A stretch of DNA of 64,000 nucleotides from Dehalococcoidia bacterium (GTDB taxonomy: Bacteria; Chloroflexota; Dehalococcoidia; Plut-88900): NCBI GenBank assembly GCA_965197585.1, contig OZ240215.1:544001-608000 (forward strand). The letters are read 5' to 3'. Below are positions 1-9,493 of the stretch, in pieces. Numbering within the stretch: position 1 is the first letter of the stretch; every line of letters starts with the position of its first letter. The notes beneath the pieces were generated by a model, which saw nothing but the letters and a program-made list of their open reading frames with translations, was not told the DNA's origin and searched no databases. A program made the position numbers and the translations under genes.

Positions 1-1404
1 AATCGGGTCTATGCTCCGAAGCGTAGCCGTCAGGATTATGATCACGTAGGGAAGGGCGAGTACCGTGTGCGGTATTACCATGCCTGGTGTAGTCCCCAGC
101 AGGTGCCGAAGCACCGTGCTGTAGAAGTACAGGTGGAATATCGCCCCCGCGGTCACAACTGTCGGCACTATCAATGGCGCGATGAAGAAGCTGTTGATCA
201 GCCCTCTACCCGGCAGCCGAGACCGCACGAGTGCATACGAGACTATGCCTCCCAACGCCAGTGAAAACGCTACTACCAACACTGCTATTTCCACACTTCT
301 CACCGTGGCACCGAACCAATGAAGCAGGGGGTCTGCCGAGGTGAAGTACTCCCCGTACCACTTAAAAGAAAACTCCCGAGGCGGGAATCTGATGAAGGAC
401 GAGGCACTGAAGGACAGGAATACCACCGCCACGGGCGGCAGAAGTAGGTAAGCGCAGATCAACCCCACCCCACCCCCGAGCAGAAATCGTCGCCCCGATG
501 GCCGCCCCTGCTCCTCTCCCTTTAGGCCCGTCAATGCCTCCCCCGCTTGGTACAAAGGCCTGAATCCGACCCATCGCACAAACGCCAGATAGAGTATCAA
601 GACCCCTGCCAGGGTGACCATCGCCAGCGCTGAATTGAACTGGCCCCCGCCCCGTAGATGTGACGCGATCCCTCGCTGCGGGATATTCCCCAAGATATCG
701 GGGGCCGCAAATGACCCGATGGTCAGCACCGCAACCAGTAGAATCCCCGCCCAAACTCCCGGCATGCTTAGCGGTAAGTACACCCTCAAGAAGGCTCGCA
801 GGGGCCCGGCGCCGAGGGTTTGGGCCACCATCATGAACGCCCTTGGGATTCCCCGCATGCCTGCATAAATGCATAGCACCATGAACGGGAGCAGGGTCTG
901 GACCATGCTGATTTCGACCGCTAAGCTGGTAAACAGAATTTCCAGCGGCTCGTCGATGATGCCGAGGCCTGTCAGCGACTCATTTATCCAGCCCCTTCGC
1001 CCAAGTATCACCCTCCACACTGAGGTCTGCGCCACGAAGTGGGTGAGAAATGGCACCACTACTGCAATCAGGACCAGCGTCCGCCTCCAGCCCGTGCTCG
1101 ATGCCAGGTAGTAGGCCAATGGGTAACCTAAGATCAGGCAGAACCCGGTGGTGACTATCGTCTGCTCGATGGTTATCTCCCACCAGTTCCGGGCTATCTG
1201 GCCAAAGATGGCCTTGTCGTACAGCTCAAGAGTGAAAGGTCCCCGACCACCAAAACTGGCTTCCAGAACCTGCACCAAGGGCCATATGAAGAAAATCGCC
1301 AGCAGCAGAATCACCGGCGAAAGTAGTAGCAGCGTGTTTCCCTCCCACCGCCTCCACCCCTCTATAAGGCGCGCTTTACCACTCTCCCACCTAATCCCGT
1401 TCAC
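1..1404 (-). CDS. Fused PotB/PotC-type ABC transporter permease (two TM modules), runs off the window edge
   Basis: Hand translation of most of the minus frame that has a codon start at 600 (not in ORF track): SPVILLLAIFFIWPLVQVLE...QTLLPFMVLCIYAGMRGIPRAFMMVAQTLGAGPLRAFLRVYLPLSMPG reads without a stop into LLPPVAVVFLSFSASSFIRFPPREFSFKWY...FFIAPLIVPTVVTAG...HTVLALPYVIIIL. The GTG start at 1404 is tentative. Confidence 0.8.
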   Translation of the reverse strand, partial: MNGIRWESGKARLIEGWRRWEGNTLLLLSPVILLLAIFFIWPLVQVLEASFGGRGPFTLELYDKAIFGQIARNWWEITIEQTIVTTGFCLILGYPLAYYLASSTGWRRTLVLIAVVVPFLTHFVAQTSVWRVILGRRGWINESLTGLGIIDEPLEILFTSLAVEISMVQTLLPFMVLCIYAGMRGIPRAFMMVAQTLGAGPLRAFLRVYLPLSMPGVWAGILLVAVLTIGSFAAPDILGNIPQRGIASHLRGGGQFNSALAMVTLAGVLILYLAFVRWVGFRPLYQAGEALTGLKGEEQGRPSGRRFLLGGGVGLICAYLLLPPVAVVFLSFSASSFIRFPPREFSFKWYGEYFTSADPLLHWFGATVRSVEIAVLVVAFSLALGGIVSYALVRSRLPGRGLINSFFIAPLIVPTVVTAGAIFHLYFYSTVLRHLLGTTPGMVIPHTVLALPYVIIILTATLRSIDPI

Positions 1405-1582
1405 AGCCTGTCTTACAGATCCGAAGACAGCCGACCTCCACTCTGATATTCCTGTCTCTTATCCGACTCCGATTATTTCTGCGACTACTGTAGAGACTGG
1501 TCAGCGTGCTGACAACAGTTGGAAAGTATACGGGCAATTTCGCTCACGGGGCGTGACCTGAGTTTCGGGGAGTGTGAGTAAG

Positions 1583-1619
1583 AGCATCGGGCGGTTGGAT
1601 TAGCCAACCGCCCGATGCT
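1583..1619. terminator. Strong hairpin, probable terminator of the minus-strand ABC operon
   Basis: AGCATCGGGCGGTTGG-attag-CCAACCGCCCGATGCT perfect 16-bp stem just downstream of the 1666 stop. Confidence 0.6.
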
Positions 1620-1665
1620 TCATTTCAAAAGGCCGAAGGAGAGAATATACTCTTCTCCAGGTGCG

Positions 1666-2586
1666 TTACGACCTTATTTCCTCACGCATGAACTTCGTGT
1701 ACGAGACTGCCAGGAACACAACCACCACCGATATCATAGCCACGATGTGAGGCCACACCAGCCGCAAGCTCTGGACTGCCGATATCGGACTGCTCAACAG
1801 ACCAGATGTCTGCTCCTGCAGCAGCACCCCTAGACTACGGACTGTCGGGTTCAACAATGTGTCCGACGCCTCCGTAAACAGGAACGATGGAGAAATACGC
1901 GATATCCACGTTTCCAGGTTGAAGTGTTCAATAGCCAATTCCTGGCTATCCACTTCCCCGACGAAGAAGTCTGCCACTGCTCCCGCAACCAGAATCAGGA
2001 AGAACGTGGAAAGCAACCACAGCCCTATCGCTACCATCGCTGAGACTACCGTGCTCCTGAAGAATATCGAGCACGACATTGAGACAGCGAGCCACAGGCC
2101 CAGGTACGCTATCGAAACGATGGCGAACCCTATTAAGCGGACTATCTCCTCGCCGTCCGGGACTATCCCCAGGGAAGCCATCGTAGCCCCGACAATCGCC
2201 AGTATCGTCGATACTTGAATAACGGCTAAGGTGGTAAGTCCTGCCAAAAACTTTCCGTTGTACACCTCATCCCGGTGCACGGGCTGGGACAGGATCCTGG
2301 CCAATGTGCCCTGGGACCGTTCGCTATTGATGCTGTCGAACCCCAGGATTATCCCTGCCAGTGGCCCGAAGAAGCTGATGAAGAAGAGTAGTGACGGGAG
2401 CACGTCGCTGCTCGATGAGAAGACCCTCAGGAACAGGAACTCTTCCCGGCTGCTAGCCGCTTTTTCCACCGTCCCGAATATCACTGAAAGGGCCCAGATT
2501 ATCGCAAGGAATACCAAGGCCAACAGGAAGACGAATCTCCTCCTGCCGAAGTGATCGGCCATCTCTTTCCAGAAGATAGCTATCAT
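1666..2586 (-). CDS. ABC-2 type transporter permease
   Basis: Multiple TM helices; GFDSINSERSQGTLARILSQPVHR motif typical of ABC-2 permeases; adjacent to the ATPase. Confidence 0.88.
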   Translation of the reverse strand: MIAIFWKEMADHFGRRRFVFLLALVFLAIIWALSVIFGTVEKAASSREEFLFLRVFSSSSDVLPSLLFFISFFGPLAGIILGFDSINSERSQGTLARILSQPVHRDEVYNGKFLAGLTTLAVIQVSTILAIVGATMASLGIVPDGEEIVRLIGFAIVSIAYLGLWLAVSMSCSIFFRSTVVSAMVAIGLWLLSTFFLILVAGAVADFFVGEVDSQELAIEHFNLETWISRISPSFLFTEASDTLLNPTVRSLGVLLQEQTSGLLSSPISAVQSLRLVWPHIVAMISVVVVFLAVSYTKFMREEIRS

Positions 2587-2587
2587 G

Positions 2588-3517
2588 CTAGACTTCCTGG
2601 AAATACCTCAGGTAAATTTCTTCCAGACTCCGATTGCGGGTCTGCAACTGGAGCAGGTCCACATTCTGAGCCTGCACCACGGATAGAGCCTGTATTCGAA
2701 CCTGTTCTTTGGATGACACCGTAATCATGTTACCCAGCGCCTCGCACCGTTCTACCGTCGGTAATCCCCGTAACGCTTCCAACAACTGTGGCGTCACTTT
2801 GTCCACTTCCAGATCGAGTTGATAACCTTCTTCCTGCCGGTTCATCAGTTCGTCAACCGGCCCCTCCAGTACCATCTTCCCGTGGGACATTATCCCGACT
2901 CGGTTGCATATCCGCTGTACTTCGTGGAGGCGGTGGGAGGATATGAACACGGTTATCCCCTGCTCGTCGCTCATCTCTTTGATCAGTTGCAAAAGCCAAT
3001 TGACTCCGGCCGGGTCCAGGCCCAGTGTGGGGTCGTCCAATATCACCAGCTGAGGCTGCTTAAGCAGGACGTCGGCCAACCCCAGCCGCTGCCGCATTCC
3101 CCTCGAGTATTGGCCCACAGGCTGGCTGGGCGCTGCAGACAGTTCAACCTGCTCGAGTAAGTCATCTATGCGCCGGTCGCTGTCGTCCCGCGGCATGCTG
3201 TTCAGACGCGCCGTGTACTGCAAATTCTCCCGGCCAGACAGGTCGTTATAGAATCCTATCGACTCCGGCAGATACCCTATGTTCCTTTTCACGGCCAGCG
3301 GGTTACGAGTCGGGTCGAAACCCGACACTCGTGCCCACCCTTCCGTCGGCTCAGTAAGCCCGAGGATCATTAGTATCGTCGTGCTCTTCCCGGACCCGTT
3401 CGGCCCCAGGAAGCCGAATACTTCTCCTTCTTCCAGTCTCAGGTCAAGACTGTCGACGGCGGTGAAGTTTCCGTACTTCTTGGTCAGTCCTTCGGTCTCG
3501 ATTATCGGTCCGCTCAT
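2588..3517 (-). CDS. ABC transporter ATP-binding protein
   Basis: Walker A GPNGSGKST, signature YSRGMRQR, Walker B VILDDP; start reset to MSGPII, overlapping the upstream stop. Confidence 0.92.
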   Translation of the reverse strand: MSGPIIETEGLTKKYGNFTAVDSLDLRLEEGEVFGFLGPNGSGKSTTILMILGLTEPTEGWARVSGFDPTRNPLAVKRNIGYLPESIGFYNDLSGRENLQYTARLNSMPRDDSDRRIDDLLEQVELSAAPSQPVGQYSRGMRQRLGLADVLLKQPQLVILDDPTLGLDPAGVNWLLQLIKEMSDEQGITVFISSHRLHEVQRICNRVGIMSHGKMVLEGPVDELMNRQEEGYQLDLEVDKVTPQLLEALRGLPTVERCEALGNMITVSSKEQVRIQALSVVQAQNVDLLQLQTRNRSLEEIYLRYFQEV

Positions 3518-4740
3518 CGCCTGCCCAGCCGCACGAACATTCCAACCAGGGCTATGACTACCGCAACCAGTATGCCAATTCCAACCCACTGCCAGATCGT
3601 CGACTTCTCAACCGTTATTCTCAACGAGACCTGGTCCTGCACGTCGTTGTTGCGAGCTCGCAGGGTGACCAGGTAGTCACCGGGAACCGCGTCGCCCGGG
3701 GGCGTGATGGTCAACGGCACGTCGATCCGGTTGTTTACGGGCAGCGACTCCACGTTCGCAGTCTGGTACTCGATTTCCCAGCCGGCGGGGGTGTCTGCGA
3801 TCAGCCGCAGATTCTCGATGTCAGCGGTGCCGGTGTTCACCATGCGCACCGTCGCCGCTTGTGCGCTGCCTGCATCTGCGTTCACGTTCAGCCGTCCGTC
3901 GGGAGTGGTCATGAAAACGTCGAAGGCGCCGGTGAGAGTCACCTGCAGGGGCACCTCCTTAACGTAGATCTCCTCCTCATCCGACATCCGGACCAGAATC
4001 GGGTAATCTCCCGCCGGTGCCAGCGCCGGGGGGAATACCCGCACCTTAATCCGCTGGTTCAGCTGCGCCACTATGCTTACGTTAGTTATCAACCTCTCCG
4101 CCCCGAATGCCGGGAGGAACTGCACCGTCCACCCCTGCGGGAACAATGCGCCCAGGTTGAGAGATACGTCCTCGGGTGTATTGTTCACAACAGCCATCTC
4201 AAACTCGAAGAGGGTGGAAGTCGGCCCGCTCAGGAAGGGGTAGCTGGCCGTTACCGTGACCTGCCCCGGGTCTGCAGGTTCGCCCTCCACTCTCTGTACT
4301 CTCAGCGTTTTCTCTACCAGGACATCCCCAGACCCCGAAGTAGCCTGCATAGTTAGTGTAAAGTCTGCGGCGCTCTGGTCTCTCGGGCCACGGATCCGCA
4401 GCTGCAAGTCCGTACGCTGTCCCGCATCCAGCAAAATGCTCGTTATGAGAAAGCTCCCGACCCTGGGCCTGAATTTAGCGGTCCAGTCTGCCGGCATCCC
4501 GCTAGCTTCCAAGTTGACAAGCATTGGTCCGTCTGTGCCGTTGCACAACACGGTGTCCAGGTTTGCTGTGGTGGTTATAGCCTCAAGGCTGATACCCGTT
4601 GCCGGGAGCTCCAGGGTGATCCCTGCAGGGCACGGCTCTACCTCCTCTTCCGCATCCTGCGCTAACGCCGCCGAGGGCAGCGCAAGCGTCAGGGCCAGAA
4701 TTATCAACAGGACTGATGTAAACAAATACCTAGAGAGCAT
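3514..4740 (-). CDS. Exported NEW3/Ig-like repeat protein with C-terminal TM anchor
   Basis: Signal peptide (ALALA-Q), three beta-sandwich-like repeats (P.GW...PGDY.V motifs), C-terminal TM followed by GRR; SD AGGAGG before ATG 4740. Confidence 0.75.
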   Translation of the reverse strand: MLSRYLFTSVLLIILALTLALPSAALAQDAEEEVEPCPAGITLELPATGISLEAITTTANLDTVLCNGTDGPMLVNLEASGMPADWTAKFRPRVGSFLITSILLDAGQRTDLQLRIRGPRDQSAADFTLTMQATSGSGDVLVEKTLRVQRVEGEPADPGQVTVTASYPFLSGPTSTLFEFEMAVVNNTPEDVSLNLGALFPQGWTVQFLPAFGAERLITNVSIVAQLNQRIKVRVFPPALAPAGDYPILVRMSDEEEIYVKEVPLQVTLTGAFDVFMTTPDGRLNVNADAGSAQAATVRMVNTGTADIENLRLIADTPAGWEIEYQTANVESLPVNNRIDVPLTITPPGDAVPGDYLVTLRARNNDVQDQVSLRITVEKSTIWQWVGIGILVAVVIALVGMFVRLGRR

Positions 4741-5140
4741 GGTCCCTCCTACTAAGACCCCACCAATCAAGACAACCGCCACCCATCCCAAGTGTCCGAG
4801 TATTATTTAAGCTGTATGTCAACGCTACTTCAACACCGCTCACGTCCCTATAACGTTTTAGCGCGCTAATAGTTACGGCTTTATTTGTTGATTTTTGACT
4901 TAAGAAGCGCCAGATTGTGAGTCTTCGGCTCGAAATCGACTTTGCGGTCCAGTCACTATTGAGTATAACTAGCCTTCTTTGCCTGTCAAGCTACATTAAA
5001 AAGCAATATGGGTTCGCAACTTCAAGCAACGCGTAGCATCCTCTAATGCTTAAAATCGTGTGCTGGGGTGGGGGGAGGGGCGCACCCGTGTTATACTCCC
5101 CGACGGCCCGGACCCGAGACCGAATACGAAAGGACCTAAG

Positions 5141-6433
5141 GTGCCAGTAGTAGCAATCGTCGGCGCCCAATGGGGCGACGAAGGCAAAGGTAAAATCGTC
5201 GATCTCCTCTCTGAGGATGCCGACTTTATAGTCAGGTACGGCGGCGGTAACAACGCCGGCCACACCGTTATGAACGCCTATGGGGAATTCAAGCTCCACA
5301 TGGTTCCCGCAGGTGTATTTAACCCGAAGGCCACCTGCGTGCTTGCCAACGGCGTCGTAATCCACCCTCCGGCTCTTCTCTCAGAAATCAAAGACCTGGA
5401 AGACCATCGCGTAGACCTAACGCCGGGCAAGCGTCTCCTTATTAGCGACCGCGCCCACCTCATCATGCCCTACCACATCCTTCTAGACGAGTTGGAGGAA
5501 GCGGCCCGAGGGGCAAAGGCCATTGGCACTACCAAAAAGGGCATTGGCCCAGCTTACATGGACAAGACCGGCCGACTCGGAATCCGTGTCGGGGAACTCC
5601 TGGACCCCGACCCCTTCCGCGAACGCTTGGAAGAAGCCCTCAATTACAAGAATACCCTGCTCACCAAGCTCTACGGTGTCGATCCCCTGTCCCTTGATGA
5701 CATATTCGAAGAATACTGTGCCTACGGCGAAAGACTTCGGCCCTTTATAGGACAGACCGAGATCGCAATCCGCAAAGCCGCAGAGGAAGACGCTCTTGTC
5801 ATCATGGAGGGCGCCCAGGGCGCCCTGCTGGACCCCGACTTCGGGACCTATCCCTTCGTCACCTCGTCAGCGCCCATAGCTGCAGGCTCTGCCCAAGGCG
5901 CTGGACTGAGCCCAAGAATGGTCGGCTCTGTGATTGGCGTTTATAAGAGCTACTCGACTCGGGTGGGGACCGGACCCTTCCCTACCGAGCTCTTGGATGA
6001 GATTGGCCATCACATTCGCGAAAAGGCCGTCGAGTACGGCACTACCACCGGCCGCCCCCGGCGATGCGGATGGTTTGACGCCGTTCTGGGCCGCTATTCT
6101 TCCATGATCAACGGCTACACCTCAGTCGCCCTGACCCGTTTGGACGTCCTGGATGAAATGGAGACCCTCAAGATTTGTACTGGCTACCGGCTTAATGGCT
6201 CCGTGCTCACCGACCCTCCAGCCAGTGCTGCGGCACTGGCCAAGTGTCAGCCCGTATACGAAGAGCTTCCAGGTTGGCTCACCTCCACCCGAGAAGCACG
6301 CAGCTTTGAGGACTTGCCCCCGCAGGCCCGACAATACGTAGAGCGGATCCAGGAACTAATCTCCGCGCCCATCGATCTGATCGCCGTGGGGCCCCGCCGC
6401 GAGGAGTCCATCTTCCTCCGCCCTCTTCCCTGA
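5141..6433 (+). CDS. purA: Adenylosuccinate synthetase
   Basis: GAQWGDEGKGK, GGNNAGHT, GTTTGRPRRCGWFD; GTG start at 5141. Confidence 0.98.
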   Translation: MPVVAIVGAQWGDEGKGKIVDLLSEDADFIVRYGGGNNAGHTVMNAYGEFKLHMVPAGVFNPKATCVLANGVVIHPPALLSEIKDLEDHRVDLTPGKRLLISDRAHLIMPYHILLDELEEAARGAKAIGTTKKGIGPAYMDKTGRLGIRVGELLDPDPFRERLEEALNYKNTLLTKLYGVDPLSLDDIFEEYCAYGERLRPFIGQTEIAIRKAAEEDALVIMEGAQGALLDPDFGTYPFVTSSAPIAAGSAQGAGLSPRMVGSVIGVYKSYSTRVGTGPFPTELLDEIGHHIREKAVEYGTTTGRPRRCGWFDAVLGRYSSMINGYTSVALTRLDVLDEMETLKICTGYRLNGSVLTDPPASAAALAKCQPVYEELPGWLTSTREARSFEDLPPQARQYVERIQELISAPIDLIAVGPRREESIFLRPLP

Positions 6434-6464
6434 CCCAACATCTACTCCAACATTCCGAAAACGA

Positions 6465-6493
6465 CGAAGGGGCCGGCATTGCCGACCCCTTCG
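6465..6493. terminator. Hairpin between convergent purA and dapA
   Basis: CGAAGGGGCCGGC-att-GCCGACCCCTTCG, A-rich 5' flank and T-rich 3' flank. Confidence 0.6.
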
Positions 6494-6514
6494 GTGCTTT
6501 ATCTATCCTTTTGC

Positions 6515-7417
6515 TTAGACTCTTGCTGGAATGGGCAAGTCCATGGTCTGCTTCACTACCTCGGCCATGATCTTGGCGCCCGTGGCTTCGTCCGGCCCGA
6601 TCAAAGGCAGCCTTGTCCCCCCGACGTCAAACCCGATCATTCGCATCGCATACTTTAGGGGGATCGGGTTGGATACGACAAACATGCTGTTTACCAGGGG
6701 CAGAAGCCTGCCGTGAATCTCCGCGGCGTCTGCATTGGCACCGCCTACGAAGCTGTCAATCATTTCCTTGATCTGAATCCCGACCAGGTGGGACAAAACG
6801 CTCACAACGCCGTATCCACCCAACGCCATGATCGGCAGGGTGTCGCCATCGTTCCCGCTCCACACCTTGAATGCGGGTCCTGCTCCCGAGATTATCTTCG
6901 TTATCTGTTCGAAGTCGGCGCTGGCTTCTTTAATGCCGACTATGTTGTCGATCTCGCTGAGCTTGACCACCGTGTCGGCCTGAATGTTCGTCACCGTGCG
7001 GCTCGGCACGTTGTAGATGATGCAAGGGAGGGACGTGCTTCTTGCTATGTAGGCAAAATGCTCGTACAGCCCGTCCTGCGGGGGCTTGTTGTAGTAGGGC
7101 ACTACTAACAGCGCACCATCCGCTCCCACCTTCTCCGCTTCTCGGGTAAGCTCCGCCGATTCGGCTGTGCAGTAGCTGCCCGACCCTGCTATTACCGACC
7201 CTCGGTCGCCAATCTCTGCCTTCACCTCTGCCCAGAGCCGGATCTTCTCCTCCGACGTAAGTGTCGGCGATTCCCCGGTTGTTCCCGTGACCACCAAGCC
7301 GTCACTGCCTGAGTCGATTAGGGCCGAGGCCAAGCGTTTCGCCGCGTTGTAGTCCACTTCTCCGGATTTATCAAATGGGGTCACCATCGCGGTGAGTAGT
7401 CTTCCTATCTCCACCAT
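6515..7417 (-). CDS. dapA: 4-hydroxy-tetrahydrodipicolinate synthase
   Basis: GTTGES, PYYNKP, IYNVPSRT, GIKEAS; in operon with asd and dapB. Confidence 0.97.
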   Translation of the reverse strand: MVEIGRLLTAMVTPFDKSGEVDYNAAKRLASALIDSGSDGLVVTGTTGESPTLTSEEKIRLWAEVKAEIGDRGSVIAGSGSYCTAESAELTREAEKVGADGALLVVPYYNKPPQDGLYEHFAYIARSTSLPCIIYNVPSRTVTNIQADTVVKLSEIDNIVGIKEASADFEQITKIISGAGPAFKVWSGNDGDTLPIMALGGYGVVSVLSHLVGIQIKEMIDSFVGGANADAAEIHGRLLPLVNSMFVVSNPIPLKYAMRMIGFDVGGTRLPLIGPDEATGAKIMAEVVKQTMDLPIPARV

Positions 7418-7525
7418 CTTTTCCCTCCCTTCACTACGCTGCAGTCACTAGCTGCCTTACGGCCTCCATTATGCACTATGCCGCCCGTGCTTAGTTGGCA
7501 GAGGGCGGCATAGCAACCTCAATTA

Positions 7526-8596
7526 CTAGAGAGATACGGCTCGGCCAACTGAAACGAGACCAGATGCTACAGACCCATTATCTTTCCCCGATACCAGTAT
7601 CTCGGCAATCTGCACCGTGTTCAGAGCCGCGCCCTTGCGAACGTTGTCTGCCACCACCCACATGGCAATACCGTTCGGGTGGGAGACATCTTTTCTGATC
7701 CGGCCCACGTAGACTTCGTCGGATCCTGCTGCTGAGGCAGGAAGCGGGTACTGGCTGGCTGCAGGGTTGTCTATTACTGTGACGCCCGGGGCACGGGCCA
7801 GTATTTCTCTTACCTCATCCGGGCTCATGGGGTCAGTGAGTTCCAGGTGTACGGCCTCGCTATGGCTCACGTAAACGGGCACCCGCACCGCAGTCGCCGA
7901 TATGGCCATCTCAGGAGCATGCATTATCTTGCGGGTCTCCTGCACTATCTTCCACTCTTCGTTGAAGTAGCCGTTATCCAGCAGTGTGTCGATTTCCGGT
8001 ATCACGTTGAATGCTATCGGGTGGGGCATCTTCTCGGCCTTGACCTCTCCCCCCGACACCGCTGCTTTTGTCTGATCCTCCAACTCCCGTACTCCGGCTT
8101 CCCCGGCCCCCGACACCGATTGATAGGTGTCTACGATGACCCTCTTGATCGGGTTTACCTGGTGGATCGGGTTCAGAGCCACGACCAGCTGAATCGTCGA
8201 GCAGTTAGGATTGGCGATTATTCCCCGGTGCTGAAGGGCGTCACTGCCGTTTACTTCGGGGACCACCAGGGGGACGGTCTCTTCCATCCTGAAAGCTTTG
8301 CTGTTGTCTACCACCACTGCCCCACATTCCGCCGCTATCGGAGAATACGTGCGGCTTACTCCCGACCCCGCTGAAAACAGCACGATGTCCACACCTTCGA
8401 ATGAACCTTCGTGCAGCCGTTCCACTTCCACCTCGTCGCCGTTGACCCGCATCCTTTTACCTTCGGATCGCTTCGAGGCCAGCAAGCGGATGGAGGACAT
8501 CGGGAAATTCCGTTCCTCCAGAATGCTGATGAACTGCCGGCCCACCAAGCCTGTGGCGCCGGCTATTGCTACGCTAGCTTCTCTTGACATATCCAT
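7526..8596 (-). CDS. asd: Aspartate-semialdehyde dehydrogenase
   Basis: GATGLVG, IANPNCSTIQ, TYQSVSGAG, DNVRKGAALN. Confidence 0.97.
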   Translation of the reverse strand: MDMSREASVAIAGATGLVGRQFISILEERNFPMSSIRLLASKRSEGKRMRVNGDEVEVERLHEGSFEGVDIVLFSAGSGVSRTYSPIAAECGAVVVDNSKAFRMEETVPLVVPEVNGSDALQHRGIIANPNCSTIQLVVALNPIHQVNPIKRVIVDTYQSVSGAGEAGVRELEDQTKAAVSGGEVKAEKMPHPIAFNVIPEIDTLLDNGYFNEEWKIVQETRKIMHAPEMAISATAVRVPVYVSHSEAVHLELTDPMSPDEVREILARAPGVTVIDNPAASQYPLPASAAGSDEVYVGRIRKDVSHPNGIAMWVVADNVRKGAALNTVQIAEILVSGKDNGSVASGLVSVGRAVSL

Positions 8597-8660
8597 TTCT
8601 CAGACCTCGGCGCGTGGCGCGTTCGTATCTACAGAGTGAAATAATAGAACCTGGCAGGAT

Positions 8661-9461
8661 TTAGTCAAGGCCCAGAAGGGCGTCGAGTCCGAAGACTATC
8701 CCTACCCGCTTGGGCGCAGCCTCCAGCGCCATGAGCACGCCCGGCATGTAGCAAAGCCTGCCAGAGGTGTCGTGCCGGATGGTTAGGGTCTGGCCCAGAC
8801 CTCCGAATATCACCTCCTGGTGAGCCACCGAGCCCTGGGGCCTCAGACTGTGCACGGCCACTCCACCGATTTCTGCACCTCGGGACCCGGCCATGTTGAC
8901 CTTCTCAGTTACCGAAAGTTTGAACGGTTTGCCCTTGGCCTTCACCATATCTTCCGCAGTCGCCAGCGCCGTGCCGGATGGAGCGTCTATCTTTGTCTCG
9001 TGGTGTCGCTCGATGACCTCTGCGTAGTCGAAGTACTTGCTCGCAATCTTGGACATGTGGATCATCAGAACCGCCCCCAGGGCGAAATTCGGCGCTATCA
9101 CCCCACCCACCCCATGCTGTTGGCACAGCGCGTCCAGCTCCAACACTTGCTCCCCCGTCAACCCGGAGGTTCCTATCACAACGTGCACACCGTTCTCTAT
9201 GGCATATCGTGCCGTCGCGAGGGCACCCTCAGCCTGGCTAAAGTCCACCACTACGTCGGGCTTGACGTGTTGAAGAAGGGATGGAAAGTCCAGAGTGTGG
9301 GGCACAGTCCCCGAGTTATCTGGAAGCGATAAGGGCGAGCCGTCGGCGTCCAGGGAGACTGCACCCTCCACGCGCATCTCTGGATGGTTGCATACTGCGG
9401 AGAGTATCTCCGTGCCTACGCGACCGGTTGCCCCTTGAACAGCTACTTTGAGAATTGCCAC
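8661..9461 (-). CDS. dapB: 4-hydroxy-tetrahydrodipicolinate reductase
   Basis: APNFALG, ERHHETKIDAPSGTA. Confidence 0.97.
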   Translation of the reverse strand: MAILKVAVQGATGRVGTEILSAVCNHPEMRVEGAVSLDADGSPLSLPDNSGTVPHTLDFPSLLQHVKPDVVVDFSQAEGALATARYAIENGVHVVIGTSGLTGEQVLELDALCQQHGVGGVIAPNFALGAVLMIHMSKIASKYFDYAEVIERHHETKIDAPSGTALATAEDMVKAKGKPFKLSVTEKVNMAGSRGAEIGGVAVHSLRPQGSVAHQEVIFGGLGQTLTIRHDTSGRLCYMPGVLMALEAAPKRVGIVFGLDALLGLD

Positions 9462-9493
9462 GGCGTTTCCTCCCTGGTCTCAGGGTTGCCGTG

